A DNA stretch of 63,764 nt, counting the filler, from Choristocarpus tenellus KU-1152 (taxonomy: Eukaryota > Protista > Phaeophyceae): NCBI GenBank assembly GCA_964200185.2. It is 8 parts of 8 records of this genome, joined end to end, with 100 filler letters (N's around TTAATTAATTAA, not from the genome) between each part and the next. Parts side by side here need not be neighbours in the genome. Positions count along the whole stretch, not along the records: positions 49,900 to 61,057 come from CAXNAD020002476.1; positions 61,158 to 63,764 come from CAXNAD020026325.1; 6 more parts are not named here. One strand, given 5' to 3'. The translations under genes were made by a program, and so were the position numbers. This document shows positions 59,430-63,764 of this stretch, one piece after another. Under the pieces are notes generated by a model. It ran no database searches. It saw only the letters and a list, made by a program, of their open reading frames with translations, and was not told the origin of the DNA. Each line of letters begins with the position of its first letter. Position 1 is the first letter of the stretch.

Positions 59430-60427
59430 ATGGTGCACCGTGTGTTTCATTCCATATCAGTTTTTTATCTACTCCTTGGTGTGACTGACAAAAAAGTTCA
59501 TTTGAGTTCTTTTGCACGGTTTTTCTATAACAAGGCACCTCATAGCTTAGGATTATCGTACATCACTACCTATTGCTGACCAAACTGGACTACATGCAGC
59601 AATGCCAACTGTATCCTTTACAGACAGCCATAACAAGGAAAAAAACTTTGATTGAGCTGTGTTTCTATCAAAGGTTCACCCTAAATACAATAGGGTTCAA
59701 ATAAATGTGTCCATAAGACATGCAGTGCAGTGGGAAGAAATGCGCTATACTGTGTGCATATGTACTCATTCCCAACAAAAGAGAAAGGCTAAGCTCAGAC
59801 ACTGGACAAGTCTTGCCCTTTGTGTTTCCACAGCACTTATTAAAATTGTATGAAAATATGCACAAATGCGCACACACACATACATGGATCTCTCATTTTG
59901 GTGTTGCTGCTGTTGGAGAGTGAGTTTGATTATACACTAGTACTAACAATTGGTCAAGCAAATTTTATTTGACCTGATGTCAGTGGTGTTCCTGATGATA
60001 TCCTGAGACTCAAAGTTCTCCAATGTGTGTTTTGGTGAGTTTTGCTCAGGCTACTCCTTGTCCATATGTTTGAGATGGACGATGAATGAGTCAAGATCTA
60101 CTCAGGATTGCAGCAATGAATTCAGATATCCACGCATGTTGAGAGAAAATGACTCATGGTACTCTGCTTGGAGTAGGAAGAGGAGGGATCAGGAGGAGAA
60201 AAGGCCAATGTTGTTTGCATCTATTGAATTAGGGTTATATAGGGTGGTATCCCCTAAGATGAGATACAAACAGTCTCTGTGATTTGGAAACAGCACATAA
60301 TATCATATGGGATGATGGTTGAGAAGGTATCGATGTAAAGAGAGAGAGGACACGTCAGCTGAATATGGAAAAATGAAATCCTAAATCAATACTCTGAGCT
60401 CTGAGGAGAAGAATCATTGCAGGAGAT

Positions 60428-60640
60428 GAGTCAAAGTATCTTAGAAGGTAGAGTCGCGTCCATTTGGGTACCAAAATCCAATGCTGCGATTTTGATTTAA
60501 TTTTGGCTATTGTGCTTGTTAGGTCGTGTCAATATCCTTGTTTGAACATATCTTTCATAGCGTCATAAAAAACCCGTGGGAAGCCAAGCCCCAAACAGAC
60601 AAACAGGGCAAAAATCACACCCTCTAAGATACTTTCACTC
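60428..60640 (+). mobile_element. MITE family A, internally deleted copy
   Basis: Both TIRs present; central palindrome missing. Confidence 0.85.
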
Positions 60641-61007
60641 AGATGAAAGAGCTGGAGCTTACGCCAAGGCTAACTACAAGGGCTATCAATTTGTGGTCCG
60701 CTAGTGTGTAACATCCTTGAGAAGCTCGTGCTCTATCTGCATTTTCACAACTGCAGACCTCAATTTTTCGAATTGAACTGATCCATGCATTTTTGTATCT
60801 ATGCGACCTCCTATGGTATCCACTCTGCTATTACATCAGCAGAACCAGCTCTAAAACAGAGATTTCTACCTTGCCAGAGTATATACTTCGCCCATGCTGC
60901 ACCCCTGATAACCTTCTAGTAAGAAATTTCGAAGGTGGGTGGATGGGAAAGACTGCTTAAATGTTGAATGTCTCTCTCAGCCTACCTCAACATTTTTTTT
61001 CTATTTT

Positions 61008-61037
61008 GAGCCAAAGTATCTTAGAGGGTAGGGCCGC
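61008..61037 (+). mobile_element. MITE family A left end, cut by the contig end
   Basis: GAGCCAAAGTATCTTAGAGGGTAGGGCCGCGTCCATTTGG-type left terminus. Confidence 0.8.
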
Positions 61038-61208
61038 GTCCATTTGGTGGCCAGAATNNNNNNNNNNNNNNNNNNNNNNNNNNNNNNNNNNNNNNNNNNN
61101 NTTAATTAATTAANNNNNNNNNNNNNNNNNNNNNNNNNNNNNNNNNNNNNNNNNNNNATCTATAGCGGTACAGGAAAAAGTTAAAACAAATTGCAAGTAC
61201 CCTGCTGA

Positions 61209-61326
61209 GCCCCAAAATATCTGGGGCTGGGGAGGGGGGGGGGGGTCTACACCAGGGTGTTCATTTGGTGAAAAAATTGAACACCCCCAAATGGACAGCC
61301 GCCACCACCCCCAGATACTTCGAGCC
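61209..61326 (+). mobile_element. MITE family B, short full copy
   Basis: CCCAAAATATCTGGGG ... CCCCAGATACTTCGAGCC, flanked by TGA on both sides. Confidence 0.75.
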
Positions 61327-61879
61327 TGATACAGCTGAATCCCAACCCTAATATTAGGAAACTCAACTTACACGAAATCATAGATGGTGAACTAGACTAG
61401 ACCTCTACAATAAAAACAAATTCCAAATCTTCTCAACTCAACCCCCCTCCATCCCCCTGCAATTGCAACCAGCCTCTTTAATCCCTCTTTTCACAACCAT
61501 TCTATTGATAACTACACAACAGCTAGCTCTCAGCACATGCAGGAAAACATCCATCTCCTCACATCAAGACCATCGAAGACCGAACCGTGTAAGGAATTCC
61601 CATCCTCGTCCCTGCTCTCCTCCTGCCACAACATCATCCACAGCAAAGACGACCAAATGCACAAAAAAAACTTGTCAGTGCTTTCAGAGTTCAGTCCTAC
61701 AAAAAATAAATAAACTACGCACTTCTCAGCACGCAACTCATTTCCACTCTCCATACCATCTTGTTTGTCACCACCCACACCACACCATAGTAGTATTATC
61801 ATGGTCAGTAAAAACAATTTCGCTCTGGTCAGCGCACGATATGCAAAACACGTCAACATCCTCCATGTCTCACACTCCT

Positions 61880-63764
61880 TTCAACAGCAGGGGCTCCATA
61901 TCGACACCCTCGTCTTCTGCAGGTCCTGCACTTAACTAAATCGTCACCATTCAAGTAAGTTCCATCCTTTGAGTGACTTCCAAAAACCAGTACACCTCAT
62001 TCAACGCTGACTTGTTCAGTACCACTGCATTTAGACCCCCCTCTCCCCTCCCCACCCCCCCAAGCGACCTCTCCTCAAAACCAATAACCATCCTTAAAAG
62101 TACAATATCGATGACCGATTATGCTCCAAAACTCCCTACTGCACAACACATTAAGTCTTATCTCACCAGCCTCTGCTTTGCCATCTCAATCTTCTCTTCT
62201 GAGTCATTCGCATTGATATCGACCAGTACTCCCTCTTCAACCTTTCGATACTTTGGAGCAAACGTTGAACCCTGGCAAGAGGGGTTTGGTATTTGCTTTA
62301 GGCGGGTTAACACTAATAGTTCACTTGTTTGCTAGGGGAGAGGTGGGTTCACTTGAGTATTAAACCATACACATGATGCTGACAAGGGCAATCTCAAACT
62401 GGAAAGAGCCGGTAGCAAAAATAAATAAAAAGTAGGACGGATTCCCCCCCCCTCCCAAGGGCATCAATCACCTACTGTATGTACCCCAGTACATCGATAT
62501 AACTCCCTACGAGAGACCACCGTTCCACATGCAAAAAATGTAGTTACTTTATTCATGAGCTTGTCATTGCAACCAACACAAAACACTATAATCTTCCCAG
62601 AAAATTTTGGCTTTGTTACTTCTGGTTGTGACCGACATCTAGTACACAGTACAACAGTCCGTTTCAATTTTATGTACCATCTGATCCGCATCCAAGGACC
62701 AATTCTGTTGCTTCAACTCTTACAATTTGGTCATTTCAGAAATCATTGTGGGTTTTTCAGGGCCTTTTTCCTGGACAGCATCAAGTCTCCTGGACGACCC
62801 TTACCAGCCCTTCAATCTACACCATCTCCCATCTAAAACCATACCTCAGGGACACTCTGTTTAGTATTGGGACAACTCTTTGTCATGCAGAACACCTAGG
62901 GTTGGTTGATTTGAGATGCTCTAGAGCTAAGTTTCCAAAGTCGTCTTATTCTCACCTGCACCGTGAGATTCATCATTTTCATGGCATCCTGCACGTCCCT
63001 GGTAGACTTTGCCTTAAGACCCTTAAGAAGTACTGACTGGATACCTGGTTGACCATCAATCATCGAGTACACCTTTTTGATTACATGTTAACATGCGAAA
63101 TGGAGTGCACCAAGGGGGAATGGCAAGGGGTGGGGGGTGGGCGTGAACAGAGATCAAATGAGGAAATCAAGTATCAGGTGTCAAGCAGGACCTACATGTA
63201 TATATATACTACTCTCTACAAACACAAGCATTTACAAAAAAAACACAGAACAGACGAGTCGAATTCTTTCCATTCACCAACGCACTTCACGATTCCAGGG
63301 TGGACAGCCCTAACCCTTCAATGAGAAAAACAAAAAACTATCAAAACACCCTAACCCTATCATACTACCCCCTGAAAAAAAATCATAGGCAGTTAAACCC
63401 TAACCAAAACCCTACAGTAAAGGAACAATACCCCTTTTTGCTCAGAATCAATTCTAAACATTTTTTTCTTTTTCTTCACCGAGATCCGATTCAAACTGAT
63501 GCTGAACAGAGGAAACACTATGAACCAGTTCAAACTGATCAAATAGCTCAAAAACCTCTTTCCTTCCCCCTCCTCCCCCCACAAAAAGAACCACTCAACA
63601 TCCACCAAAAAAACAATATACTCCAGCAAACAATATTAAGAGAGTACATTCAAAGCAGCAGCACCTCTGAGAAGCCAGATCCCCCCTCAGACCCTAGCAG
63701 TGACATCGCCGCCCCAAGGGCCTTGACCCCCTCCGCAGGGACTCTAGGTACACCAGAACCCCCC
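61880..63764 (-). CDS. Possible 3' part of an unknown multi-exon gene
   Basis: Exon-like segments with AG/GT boundaries: ~63044-62957 (IQSVLLKGLKAKSTRDVQDAMKMMNLTVQ), ~62716-62678 and ~62271-62167 (GSTFAPKYRKVEEGVLVDINANDSEEKIEMAKQRL). No family recognised. Confidence 0.35.

Overview
Eukaryotic, intron-rich nuclear DNA (roughly 40-45% GC by eye) from an ochrophyte alga, most likely a brown alga or close relative. This is inferred from bipartite signal+transit presequences with a Phe at +1, long introns, head-to-head gene pairs and short TTAGGG runs. The window is not continuous. It is eight contigs joined by artificial 100-nt N/TTAATTAATTAA/N spacers, so adjacency across spacers means nothing. 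Recognisable genes: an organelle-targeted 5'-3' exonuclease (FEN/Pol I N-terminal type), RPS20, glutathione reductase, PUS7/TruD (5' partial), MnmE/GTPBP3 (5' partial), a makorin-type CCCH/RING E3 ligase and MSH4 (3' partial). There are also several unknown multi-exon genes. Repeats include two related MITE families, four copies of an RLE-type (CRE-like) non-LTR retrotransposon and decayed transposase/RT remnants. The most notable observations are: (1) the 5'-3' exonuclease carries an isolated family-A polymerase thumb subdomain at its N-terminus, with no polymerase; (2) an intron of that gene holds a ~355-nt multi-duplex foldback resembling a polycistronic miRNA precursor; (3) a 26%-GC Rickettsiales-like endonuclease III (nth) fragment sits in a glutathione reductase intron; (4) two retrotransposon copies lie exactly tail-to-tail, making a ~930-nt palindrome; (5) AAG acceptors and GC donors are unusually frequent. 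All gene models were spliced by hand and no database searches were run.
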